A DNA stretch of 62,714 bases, the filler included, from Choristocarpus tenellus KU-1152 (taxonomy: Eukaryota > Protista > Phaeophyceae), in the NCBI GenBank assembly GCA_964200185.2. It is 10 parts of 10 records of this genome, joined end to end, with 100 filler letters (N's around TTAATTAATTAA, not from the genome) between each part and the next. Parts side by side here need not be neighbours in the genome. Positions count along the whole stretch, not along the records: positions 24,875 to 29,479 come from CAXNAD020013821.1; positions 29,580 to 36,134 come from CAXNAD020007875.1; positions 36,235 to 39,187 come from CAXNAD020023401.1; positions 39,288 to 42,269 come from CAXNAD020023175.1; 6 more parts are not named here. The stretch is one strand, 5' to 3'. The translations under genes were made by a program, and so were the position numbers. The notes below the pieces were generated by a model. That model made no database searches. It was not told the DNA's origin and saw only the letters and a list, made by a program, of their open reading frames with translations. Below, piece by piece: positions 28,573 through 39,676 of the stretch (positions are counted from its first letter, which is position 1; every line of letters starts with the position of its first letter).

Positions 28573-28841
28573 TAGGGTGAATAATGGATTACCAAATTCA
28601 AAACCACTACAACGGCCACCACCATTTCACTTCAGTTTCAATCTCCCTCAGTCCCCCCTCACTCCATGCCTAGTCAACAGAAAATATACTACACGCAGTA
28701 TATTCTGTTCAAGATTGTATATTATAGGGTGAATAATGGGTATCTAATTCAAAACTACTACAACCACCACCATTTTACTTCAGTCTCAATCTCCTTCAGT
28801 CTCCCCGCACTCTATTCCTAGTCGCGCAGTACATTCTGTTA
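28573..28841 (+). repeat. Diverged tandem duplication, period ~152 bp
   Basis: TAGGGTGAATAATGG...CAAAAC(C/T)ACTACAAC...CCATTT(C/T)ACTTCAGT...CGCAGTA(T/C)ATTCTGTT at 28573 and 28725. Confidence 0.85.
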
Positions 28842-29433
28842 TATAGTATTACGTTCAACCACAGTACTACACCAATGTTAAGTACTAGGTAGACTTCATT
28901 TTTCTGTTACTACTGTAGTGTTAGCGCAAAATGAAATTGACCATCGGAATTTTTTATGTGTCCCTCCGATTTCGGGCGGTAGTAGTAGTAGTGCTTTTCA
29001 TTTTCAAATTTGATCAAATTTCCCATTTCTATTGAAAACGACACATCTATCTGTAAAATGTTAGAGGACATAATAAAAATAATTATCGCCTCGGTAAGAT
29101 CCTCGGGGCAATACTCAAAGTTTGATGATCTAATAGAGGAATTATCCAATCGAAGCGACCAGTTTGCATTTGTTTTAGCCAACCAAAACGCTACAAATTA
29201 TACAAGGATAAGACTCACAATGGTTTGGGTACCATACATAGATAGGAGATGCGCTCGTTATGTTTGCTAGCGTGTCACACCCTTTCGCTGCCTCAGTCGA
29301 AGCCCCGATCGTTAGGCAGGAACTAGGACTACTTCGCCAGAACAGGACGTCCATGCACGATGAGGTATCAAGCCAAACTCCGGTGCCACACCAAGAGTTT
29401 GTCAACAGTGTAACGGCAACCCTCACACCGATA

Positions 29434-29479
29434 ACAGCCGATTTCAAAAATTGAGGATGGAGCTTTTCATTGAGGATGG
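29434..29479. mobile_element. Foldback/MITE family E, left end truncated by contig break
   Basis: TA|ACAGCCGATTTCAAAAATTGAGGATGGAGCTTTTCATTGA matches the arms of the palindrome at 54389-54574. Confidence 0.75.
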
Positions 29480-30170
29480 NNNNNNNNNNNNNNNNNNNNN
29501 NNNNNNNNNNNNNNNNNNNNNNNTTAATTAATTAANNNNNNNNNNNNNNNNNNNNNNNNNNNNNNNNNNNNNNNNNNNNTTTTTTTTTTACCTTTTTAGT
29601 GTTGATGGGTGCGGACAGAAAGAGGTACGGGTTGATGAAGAGGAAGAGTGTCCAAGTATTATCCCAAGCACTGTATTGTTCCTGAATTGAGGAAGACTTG
29701 GAGTATTGGGAGAGATTGGATATTTTTTTTTATTGTCTGAGTATCTGAGTGTTGCACAAGTTCCTGCTGAGCCTAGTAGTGTGTAGGGGGGTAAATATGA
29801 GAGGGTTAGGGGTAGGGCTCGGGATACTGCGTTCATCGATTGGAACGAACTAGGGTTGATGATAAGGACCAGTTGTATGTGGATTGTATGCAAAAATATT
29901 GTGCTCTCTTTATGAATCGAAATATATACGGTGTGGTCTACCTAATATATATATATATATATATTTTTAGTAGTCATTTTTAAGTTATGTAATGTAGTGC
30001 ACAACACGAGACTTGAACTCTATTTCTATCATTTAAATGCTTGAACGTCTTGAGTTTTTTTTCCGAGTCCTACTTTTTTTTTTCTTTTGGGGGGGGGGGG
30101 GGGGTGTTTGTTTTTTTTAATGTGTTTGTGTTGTTTATTTGTGTGGGTCTTGTATTNNNNNNNNNNTTTT

Positions 30171-30215
<45 letters not shown>

Positions 30216-30744
30216 TTTTTGTTTTGTGGGGGGGGGGGGGTGGGGGGGATTTTGATAGTGAAGACTTGAGATCTTGTAATAGTGTTGGAGCTCCTAATAG
30301 GTGCAGTTCTTTGAGTTGAGAATTAGAAGTTATCGGTATACTGTGCAGCTATTATAGGTGTTGTGTTGAGTACATTGTACGGAAGAGTCTCCCAATACCA
30401 TTAACGCTCCAGAACTCAGCTACTGCTGTTCTATAGCCAACCGGGGTGCCATGGTAGGCATATGTTGCATCGTGCTTTGAGTGTCTACCTCGAGAAATTC
30501 GTTACTGTTGCATGAATCCTGTTGTTTCTGCCATTCCATGAGGCCTTGCCACTAGATATGATGCGATATCGTGTGATACATTCCTATAATACTCTTAGAA
30601 GGGTCAGACTACCTTCCCCTCACCCCCCTTCAGTTTCAGTTTCAGTTTCAGGATCAGGATCAGCTATTATGACACACAGACAACAAGAATAATAATCTCG
30701 CGTTGCCCCTCCTTTGTCACCATCTCTCTCTCCCCCCCCCCAAG

Positions 30745-32662
30745 CCATCTGAAGCACCTTTTTCCCCCTCTCTCAACTCTTCAGTAAACGCCACCCAGGC
30801 TCTCGGAGTACCCTTGCCCCCTAGAGAAGTGGGACTGCAGATGGGTGCAGGTGCAGGATCAAACTGCTGCCCCGTGGAGGATCTTGCTCCTGAAAATGTG
30901 TCTGTGAGGGTTGCACTGAGAGTTGGAGGTCTTCCCGTTGTCAGTGCCAATGGTGGGTGGATGTTGATGCCAATAAGGTTAGGGTTGTTGGGCACAGGGC
31001 AGGGCGGGGTGGGGGGAGGGGAGGGGAAGTGTTGATATTGTTGCTGTTCAAAGTAAGGTTAGGGTTGTTGGGTACAGGGTGGGGCCAGGGGGAGGGGAAG
31101 GGGGGATGTTGAGATTTTTGCTGTTCCTGTTGCCATACATGAAGTGATAAGCTGACCAAATTTCGCCTTTTGTTAGAGCCTGCCTTATTATTATTATTGT
31201 TGTTGTTGTTATTGTTGTTGTTGCTAGTGTTGTGCTGATGAGATCAACGAATCTGCAGGTCATGACTAGATGGTAGTGTATAGCTGCATAAAAAGTGTTC
31301 AACCTTTTATTTTTTTTTGGAGTGGAGATTCGAGCGATACTCTGTTGTTGAGGGGTTTTGTTCCGAGACTCTCTCCCCCCTTGAAGTTCTACACGTTCTT
31401 CACAGATTTGTCTTTTGGAAATCAACCAAAGACAACCCACTTGTGGCAGAAGCACAGGTTGTGTGTAGGTATTTTGTAGGTATTTATGTATTTATTTATG
31501 TGTGTGTGTGTGTTAGTGTGTATTGATAGACACCTGATACACACTCAAAAGAAAAACAGCTTTTGAGATAAGGGTGTTTGCTGGCAGAGGTATGGCATGC
31601 ATTTCAGTAGTGATGGCAGCCGGAAGGGTATATATATATATATATATATATATATACCCTAACCCTAAGTATATACGTATGGTACTTGAACGACGCTGTA
31701 CTTGACTTGACTCTTTATTCCAGTGTGTTCTGTACTTGACTCAACTAACACCAAACGCCCGGGTTTGGTGCACACCACCCTTAGCTCCTAACAAGCTAAC
31801 AAGGCCTATTTTAAACCATGTCTGTGTGTCCGTTTGTGTATATGTGTGTGTGTGTGTGTTATGTCTGACAGTCTACCTGTGCAGTATTTGAAGTCCAATT
31901 CCCTCTGTCAGCATCCATCAATCCACACAATCTAATCTTTAACAACCCTAACCCTAAGCTTATCGCACACTGTGGTACAAATGATAGAACCTTGGCAATA
32001 ACTCCAACCCCTGGAACCCCCCCCCCCCCCCCCCACCCCCCCCTTAATTTCAAATATATACTATCAACATCAGGCAGTGCAGCAGATCGGCACACGAGTG
32101 TTCTTTGGTCCTCCAACGCTCTTGCCTCAATTCTTGAAGGAGAGGGAGATGGAGGAGAGTGGGAGAGTGATATTAGTGGAGGCTCCAAGGAAGAGTCTGA
32201 GGATGGCAGATCTTTGTTCAGGAGTGGAATGGTGATGCAGTACACCTGGAACATCTCCGCAAATCCTCCTAGATTTCCTCTTCTACCCAGAACGGGCAGG
32301 GGCATAAGTGGTGCTGGGGAGGAGGATGCGTCGATACTGTTTGTGATGGTGTCAGGGGAAAGGATTGGGCGAGAGGATGGTGGTACTGGTGGTGGTGCTG
32401 AGAGCCAGGCACTTTGGGCTTTGGGCGTGACAACAGAAGTGGGGTTCCGGTGAGTCAATGTGTGCCTATGTTTGAATATTGATAGTTGCTTTTTGAAGTG
32501 CGTGTGTGTCTTTGTAGCTGCTGTATGTTATCGATTGGAGACTTGATCTAATTAATATATATATATATATATATGATTTCTTTTTTAACCCTTAAGTTTT
32601 TGTCGCAGGTTTGTGAGTAAAAGTATTGCATGACCTGTTGGTTATCTAGCAAGCACCCTTTA

Positions 32663-32745
<83 letters not shown>

Positions 32746-33639
32746 TCTCTCTTCCCCTCTCTTCATCCCTCTCNNNNNNNNNNCCCTTTGTTCTCTGCTA
32801 CAACCCCCTCTCTTTCCCCCCCCCCCCCCCCCCCAACCCCCCAGCCCTCCCCAACTACATTTCCCCACACTTGTCTTTTCTTTTTCTATTTTTCTTGAAC
32901 TGATGATGACGACAATGTTGCAAATCAATTGTGAAAGGCACTGCTCCGATGACACCTGTCCCCCGGATCGGGGTGAGTGCCAGTGGGATCTGGAGGAAGG
33001 TGGGTTGGTTGTCTCCCACTGTGAATGCAGGTACGGGTTTGCTGGGGAGGGGTGCAGACAGAGGACGGAGTCCAAGGCCTCGATCCTGTGGCAGGTGGGG
33101 ACTGATGAGAAAAAATTGTATTTGTGATTTGTGATTTGTATTTGTTTTTCGGTCCGAAGATTTTTATCTGATCAACAGCTCTGGGGCGCTCTGGCACATG
33201 AGAGTGAAATCTGTGCGGTCTGATCTGTGCAACCTTGTAGCTGTGGTCCATGCAGTATAGTATGGTCGATTGCAGATGGATAGATTCTTATTGGTACGTG
33301 TTGGTGTTGGTACCCTCGTTGACCAATGAGATGCTTGCGTTTTGTCAACAAGTCATTTCTGATTGGTGTGGTGTCGTCTTGGGGCAGAAATTGACCGAAA
33401 CGTCTCATAATTTCACCATCCATTTTGTTGAAAACTGCAGTTGGAATAATCTTTTTGAGGCCATCAACGTGGTCCTTATTTCATACTGGCTCAAAGTATC
33501 TCGGAGGGGGGGGGTTCTACACCAGGGTGTCCATTTGGGCCCTGACCAGGAGAAGTGAGATTACATTATCCATCCGATGCATGCAACCAAATCACCCAAA
33601 AATCACAACATGGAAAAATGGGCCCTGAATAGACAGCCG

Positions 33640-33670
<31 letters not shown>

Positions 33671-34839
33671 ACCCCCCCCACCCAACCCCCCCCCCCCGTC
33701 TTTTGTNNNNNNNNNNCCCCCCCCCAAGATCATTTCAGGCACTCCAATTCCCAAGGCTTTGTGTTGCTTGGGATGAACTGTGTTGTAGCATCAACAACTT
33801 GACACTTAAACCTTCCTCCCTTTAACTCTGTCTCACTTAGTGGATGATTTGGTATTGATGAAATCATGTAGTAAGTGGCTTGAAAGAGTGTCATGCATGT
33901 ATAGTAGAAAGAATGATGAATCAGGTCGGGTCAACGAGTTGCAATGGGTGGAAGGGCAGGTCTAACGTAGCATTTTTCTGTACTTTATGGGGGGGGAGGG
34001 GGGAGGAGGACATTTTGAATCTATACTTTCAAGATTACCCTAGTTTGTCAAAATAGACAACAAGTAGAAACTTGTGTGTATTCATGATGTCAACACAAAC
34101 CTATAGCGTGAAGTAGATCTTGGTACAGGTTGAATTTTTTTGTCAAGTCCACGGTGAGGGGGAGCAAGGGATTGACTTTGATTGCCCCAGTGGAGCATGT
34201 CGCATTAGAGGCTTCTCTTTCTTTTTTTTTTAGTGTGATTTGGCGTGGTGAAAAGTACACTCTAGTCTTCTGTTGGAATAAGTCGTGGCTTAACGGTGGG
34301 CCTACCCCCCATCGCCATTTCAATGACGTGCTGGTTTTGTTGAACACCGGCTCTCTCCTGCCTCTCTATTTAAATCGAGATAATAATAATAATATCTCCA
34401 AAAAAAAAGGGCGGAGGAGGGGTTTGGTATCAGGCGCTTCTGTTCTGCTGTGCAATAGTTTATTTTTTCTTTTGTACATGCCAATGCAACAGTGCTATTC
34501 ACGGGCGCTGATTGATACCAATCCGTGATTCGATTTCTACCCACGATGTTCGAAACGCTGTTGATTGATTGCATTGTGTTTTTGTTTTTTGTTTTTTTTT
34601 GGCATTGTGTCTTGCTGAATGCACATCCGCATCCCAAATGGTGACCAACACACACACACACGGGGTTTCCATTGGGTTTCCATTGCATTTTCCAGGCGTT
34701 TCTCCTCGTGGGCTCCAACTTAGCTGTTGTGCCCAGCGTACGGCTGGCATCACAAAGGGGCGCTGCAGGGGCAGGACCAGCTGCTGTGCTTGCTGTGAAC
34801 GGAGTCGCCAGTGCTTTGTACCACCTTTGTGATTTGGAG
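30745..34839 (+). CDS. TMEM8/PGAP6-like protein (EGF-like domain + DUF3522/CREST membrane domain), internal exons
   Basis: In-phase exons 30745-30952, 32074-32449, 32938-33094 (CSDDTCPPDRGEC...CECRYGFAGEGC) and 34696-34839 (AFLLVGSNLAVVP...ASALYHLCDLE, cf. TMEM8 LL.LSNL.F.P and S..YHACD). Confidence 0.8.
30976..31115 (+). repeat. G-rich tandem duplication, period ~80 bp, intronic
   Basis: AAGGTTAGGGTTGTTGGG(C/T)ACAGGG...GGAGGGGA...TGTTGA repeated twice. Confidence 0.75.
32665..32743 (+). repeat. Long poly(C) tract
   Basis: About 79 consecutive C next to a 10-N gap; length may be an assembly artefact. Confidence 0.8.
33488..33740 (+). mobile_element. MITE family A, copy 2 (intron of TMEM8-like gene)
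   Basis: GGCTCAAAGTATCTC...CTACACCAGGGTGTCCATTTGG...AATCACCCAAAAAT...ACAGCCGCC; right end overlaps poly-C and a 10-N gap. Confidence 0.8.
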
Positions 34840-36234
34840 GCAAGTGGCTCATGAATTGTGGCCTGATGGCATTTTGATAGAGGTTAGGGTTAGGGTTAGC
34901 GGTGTAGAGGGTAGGTAGGATGGAAGAGATGGAGAGGTTGGGGACGATCTGTTGATGCTTAGAATTTTTGTGGTGATAGCTCTGCGTTACAGACTTGGAG
35001 AGACCGGGGGCAGTGGAGTGGGGGGGGGTGTTGACCGTTTTTTTCAGTTTCAGTTTTATGATTCTGAACGACCTCTTCGCTTGTGAATACAGCGATATCT
35101 TAAGAACTGAAGCTTACCGAGGGTGTCTCTCTGAGTGTTGTTGCTGTTGGTGCTACTGTAATGCTGAGTTTGTTTTACCTGTTGCCCTGCCCCCTGTGCT
35201 TTATTTCCCTCCCCCAATTTCTTTGACCGATACTAGGTTGGTGCTTGCTGGTGCAGGAATGGTACTTTGTGTGAGATTAGAATTATTCCCCCCCGGCTGT
35301 GGCAGTTACATTGTGAAAGCTAAGGTTTTTGTTGTGCGGCAAAGACCCCCAAAAATGAAATTTAAGAATGCATTTTGTCCGACCACCTTAGTGTGAAGGG
35401 CCAGATATCAAGGACCTTGTGACAACAACGTCTCTCCCATCTCACCAACATGTCATCCCAATGAACACACTACATTGCTGTTGTTGCTCGACTGCTTCCA
35501 ATCCCAGTCCACCCTCCCGATGACCTTTACAACACTAACGTTTGTTTGAAGGGGATATGCACACCCCTGTGTATTTGGACAGAAGGGGGTCTACAAGAAT
35601 TGAGCGCAATGTGTCTTTTATTGGTGTTGTTTATTATTATTTTTCTTCAATGCTCCTTTTCCCGGCAAGGAGATCTTCTCCTGTGCGCCTCAGAAATTTC
35701 TTTGTGAAGTTTTCGGGGGTCGGTCGTGATGCACGATGGATGAAACTCTATTGCTCTTCGCTTCTTTTTTTTTGTTCCAGCGTCTTCACAGAATTTTCTG
35801 CATGCGAAAGAAATGATTCTGTTTATGGTGCGGATAAGAAGATTGTCTCTCACTTGGGGTTTCCTACACCCTCCCGGTAGCGTTCTCCTACGACTATAGA
35901 GTGCTAGGGGTTAGTTTGTTTTTTTGGAGTAAACGTCAAGCGCTTGTCGGCTGCTAGAGCCGGTTGTAGAGTGCGGATGTTCGGAACGAAGGTAAGATAA
36001 TTTCGCATGGACATTGGTGTCGCTTGATTTTTTTGGAGGGGGGGGGGGGGGGGGGGGGCCTTTATCCAGGGGGAGAATCCTCGACAGAATTCTTGGCCGG
36101 GTTTCATGTCCACGTAAGAAAATGCATAATGAACNNNNNNNNNNNNNNNNNNNNNNNNNNNNNNNNNNNNNNNNNNNNTTAATTAATTAANNNNNNNNNN
36201 NNNNNNNNNNNNNNNNNNNNNNNNNNNNNNNNNN

Positions 36235-36863
36235 CTTTCGGCGTTGACGTTGTGGTGTGGTCACTCCCTGATGGATTTGAATTTGTCTGGTGCCCCCGGG
36301 ACGCCAGGGGCAACGGAATATCGACTGAGGACTTCCACTCGTCCACAAGGCGAGAAGGGGGAGTATGTTGGACAGGTTATTAAGGGGATGAGACAGATTT
36401 GGCAAGAGAGAGGTTTGTTTATCGCAGGGATGACCAAGGACGGGGGCAAAGACAGGATAAGAGCATGAGCATGGCGTGTGTTCTTGGGGAGCAGCTGTAT
36501 TTCAAGGTGGTAGAACCGAGTCTTAAGATTCTGGTTGAGCATCATCTTGGAGAACACCACTTGATGCTTCCAAAGTACCACTGTGAATTGAACCAGATAG
36601 AGATGGTCTGAGGGCCGGCGAAGCACTATGTACGAGGCCATTGTGACTACACTTTGCCTGGGATGAGAGCCAACATCCCTGTCAGTCTTAAGGACGAAGG
36701 GGGACTGTCCAGAGTAATTGAGGATAATAGGTTCTTGAGGATGAGTATTGCTTACCACCTGATATATTCCAACGAGAAAGGTATGGAGTGCACCAAATTG
36801 GACAGGGTATGTAAGACATTTAAGTCTCACAGGAGGCCTGCATCTTCAGAATACCTCATTTGA
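36235..36863 (+). pseudogene. IS630/Tc1/mariner-superfamily DDE transposase pseudogene, C-terminal part
   Basis: KGMRQIWQERGL, LPKYHCELNQIEMV*G.AKHYVR.HCDYT and FKSHRR; the conserved Trp after the catalytic Glu is a TGA stop; frameshift near 36465. Confidence 0.85.
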
Positions 36864-37402
36864 CTTGGCATGGATAGTCAGGTTCAGAGGCCTGCGCCCC
36901 CATGAGTGGACCTTAGTCAGCAGGTGACAACATCGCATAAACGGGGAGTAATTGAAGAGAATGGAGAGACAATAACGCCCATGTTCTCGGGGTGAAGATG
37001 ACCTCTTCTGGCGTCAAAATCATCCTGAAATGCTCACTTAGGGCTCCACGTGGCACCCCCAGGCGAAATCCGCGCGCGGGCTACTTGATTTGATCATTAT
37101 CCTGTATTTCTGACGATTACTGTAAGTTGGCCAACCGAGACCCATCAAATAGGGTTAAGCATGCTGATGCGATTACAACAAACGAATTTTCATGAAAAAA
37201 AAAATGTTGTTGATCGGAAGTAACAAAGTTGATGTAGGAGGCGACTTCGAATATTGTAGTAAGTATATCATCATTCATCAACGACCTGAAAATATTTATA
37301 TTATTCCTTTTACAAAAACGAAGTTTTGAACACCAACGCCTCTAGTGTCCTACACTATAAAAACTATTGTTGTTGGAGAGGACAAAATCTATCATCCATA
37401 TC

Positions 37403-39132
37403 ATGCGACGAGTACTTGCAACTGCTGCCGTTGTAGTAAGCTTACAGCTGAAGCTCTTCAGCTGTGCCGCAAACTCTATTATTGCGGCCCGGTACGATGG
37501 TGGAGTGGTACTAGGATGCGATTCTCTCTCTAGCGCGGGGACTCGCTTCGTCTCTAACCGCTTTTCGAACAAGATTACTGAGGTATTCCCTGGAATCCTT
37601 GTGGCTCGTTCTGGGAAATCGGCAGGTGAGGTTGGTACTGGAGATTCAATTAAAAAAATTCCTTTCTGTCGGTATGGTGAACTTTTAATTCGATTAAACC
37701 GTTGCGCCTAGTGATCGTCTCTTTCGGTGGTGAAATTTGGCGAGTTCGCCTGACTGAAACAAGGTGGGAAAGATGGAAAGGAGTTGGTATATAGGACCTC
37801 AAGGAAGACCAGCTTCCCATTTTATGGAAATGGAAGAAATTTTATATGTTTCCAGAAAAAGTGGTGCTAGCATTGGCCTAACTCGATATAGTGTCTCACT
37901 CAACAATTTGTTGTATTGATTTGCCATGTGATCTTCTATATCATTTATCGATATGCTCTCAAGTCACCCGTAGGCGCCAAAAGCACCATATCGACGGTTT
38001 GGTTATCGGTACTCCTGTTGAAAATCTCTTTTCCATCTTTACAAGCTTGGAGTGGAGCTTGAGTGAGTATCTATTGACCGTGCGTGTTGTTTCCCTTCTT
38101 CGCATGCTCACTCACATTACCTTCTTCATTCGCCACGACGCACAGATGCGCAATTTGTAATAGATGTTGTGGAGGCTAAGTTAGGTGCCTACCTGACAGA
38201 ATATGGATCCTCTCCACCGGTTAGAACTGCGGCGACAATAGCAAAGAATATCTGCTACGCAAATAAGGATATGTTGGCTGTGGGGATTGTCTGCGCTGGT
38301 TGGGATGCCACAGAGGGAGGATCCATCTTCTCTGTTCCTCAGGTAATTCAACTGACTTTCTTCTATTACATTTGAAGGGCGGGAATCAATGTTGTCGATG
38401 TGACTCTCTGAAATTCACCTTCAAGTACCTCCCTCTTGTGCTTATCTCCTTAGGATACAACCCAATCTCTTCCATATGTGATGTAGTAACTTCCTAGATC
38501 AGTGTAGGTGACCTCCAGCTGTAGAGTAGCTACTTGAATGCTCAACAGAGGGGTCAAGTAGATTATCGACTGATTTGGAGGGGTAACTTAGCAGAAAGCA
38601 GAATAAAGGTTGCAAATCCTCTCTGGTCAAGAACCAACTCTCTACTTGTAGGCTTCTTGTTGAACGAACATATCCAAGATATTCATTGTCTGAGAGGATA
38701 TAGAAACCCCTCTCAGTAACAACTATTGGTACTACTCTACCATCCAAACCCTATGCTAGCACTGCTGGCGGCATGAAAATGAGTTCTGGGCTTGTGGGAG
38801 AGATACCACCACCCTTTGGAGTCATGCATTCCCCCCAATTCCACATCATTTTTTGTCTCCTCACCCAGGGTGGTTCCTTCCATGAGCTTCCGTTTGCTGT
38901 AAGTGGTTCAGGAGCTCCATACGCGCTGGGGTATTGTGATGACCACCTGTATGAAGGGATGTCAAAGGAAGAGTGCATTCGCCATGTCCAGAGGGCCATG
39001 GAGCTGGCGGTGGCACGGGATGTGGCCTCTGGCGGGGCAATCCACTTGTGTGTGGCAAGTGCAAAGGGGGTGGAGAGGTGGACAGTGCCCCCCTCCCGAG
39101 ATTGGGGAAAGGGGGAAAGGGGCGGGGGTTGA
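37403..39132 (+). CDS. 20S proteasome beta1 (PSMB6/Pre3)-like subunit with signal-peptide-like leader and Thr1->Asn (227 aa)
   Basis: Exons 37403-37625, 38146-38342, 38869-39132; motifs YDGGVVLGCDS, NKIT, RSGKSADAQ, AGIVCAGWD-like (VGIVCAGWD), PFAVSGSG, MSKEEC, ARDVASGG. Confidence 0.9.
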
Positions 39133-39676
39133 AGGGGTGAGGTATGAAGGGGACACAAGTGACTCTTTGTTGAGAACTTTGACAAACNNNNNNNNNNNNN
39201 NNNNNNNNNNNNNNNNNNNNNNNNNNNNNNNTTAATTAATTAANNNNNNNNNNNNNNNNNNNNNNNNNNNNNNNNNNNNNNNNNNNNTTGGCTGGGATGA
39301 CGCGCGGGCGACTCGTGGCGGTTGCGTTACATAGGGGGGGGGGGGGAATCTCACGCTGTTCCTGAAATGAAATGCCCTGCTAGTGCCCCCCCCAAGCTAT
39401 AGACGCTTAGTGTCTCGATATCAAACCGTAATTCATGCCTTGCACACTACTCTGATCTACTGAACAAAGTCTCAAAAGTCGAAAAGTTAGTGCAAATAAC
39501 TACACACTTCCCAATAGTGCCTTCCTTTCAGAAGAGCATCCATGCACACTACGAGAAAAGCATTGAGCACACCCCCCTAAGGGCAAAAAACACCCTCATT
39601 TACACATCACAACAAGAACACCGTGCCGCATTGACTGAGGCCCCGCCTTCCCCTGTGCTCTAATATGCCATCTGAC

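Noticed and set aside
32548-32898. Poly-Pro / poly-Gly ORFs
   Set aside because: Translation of an intronic poly(C) tract beside a gap
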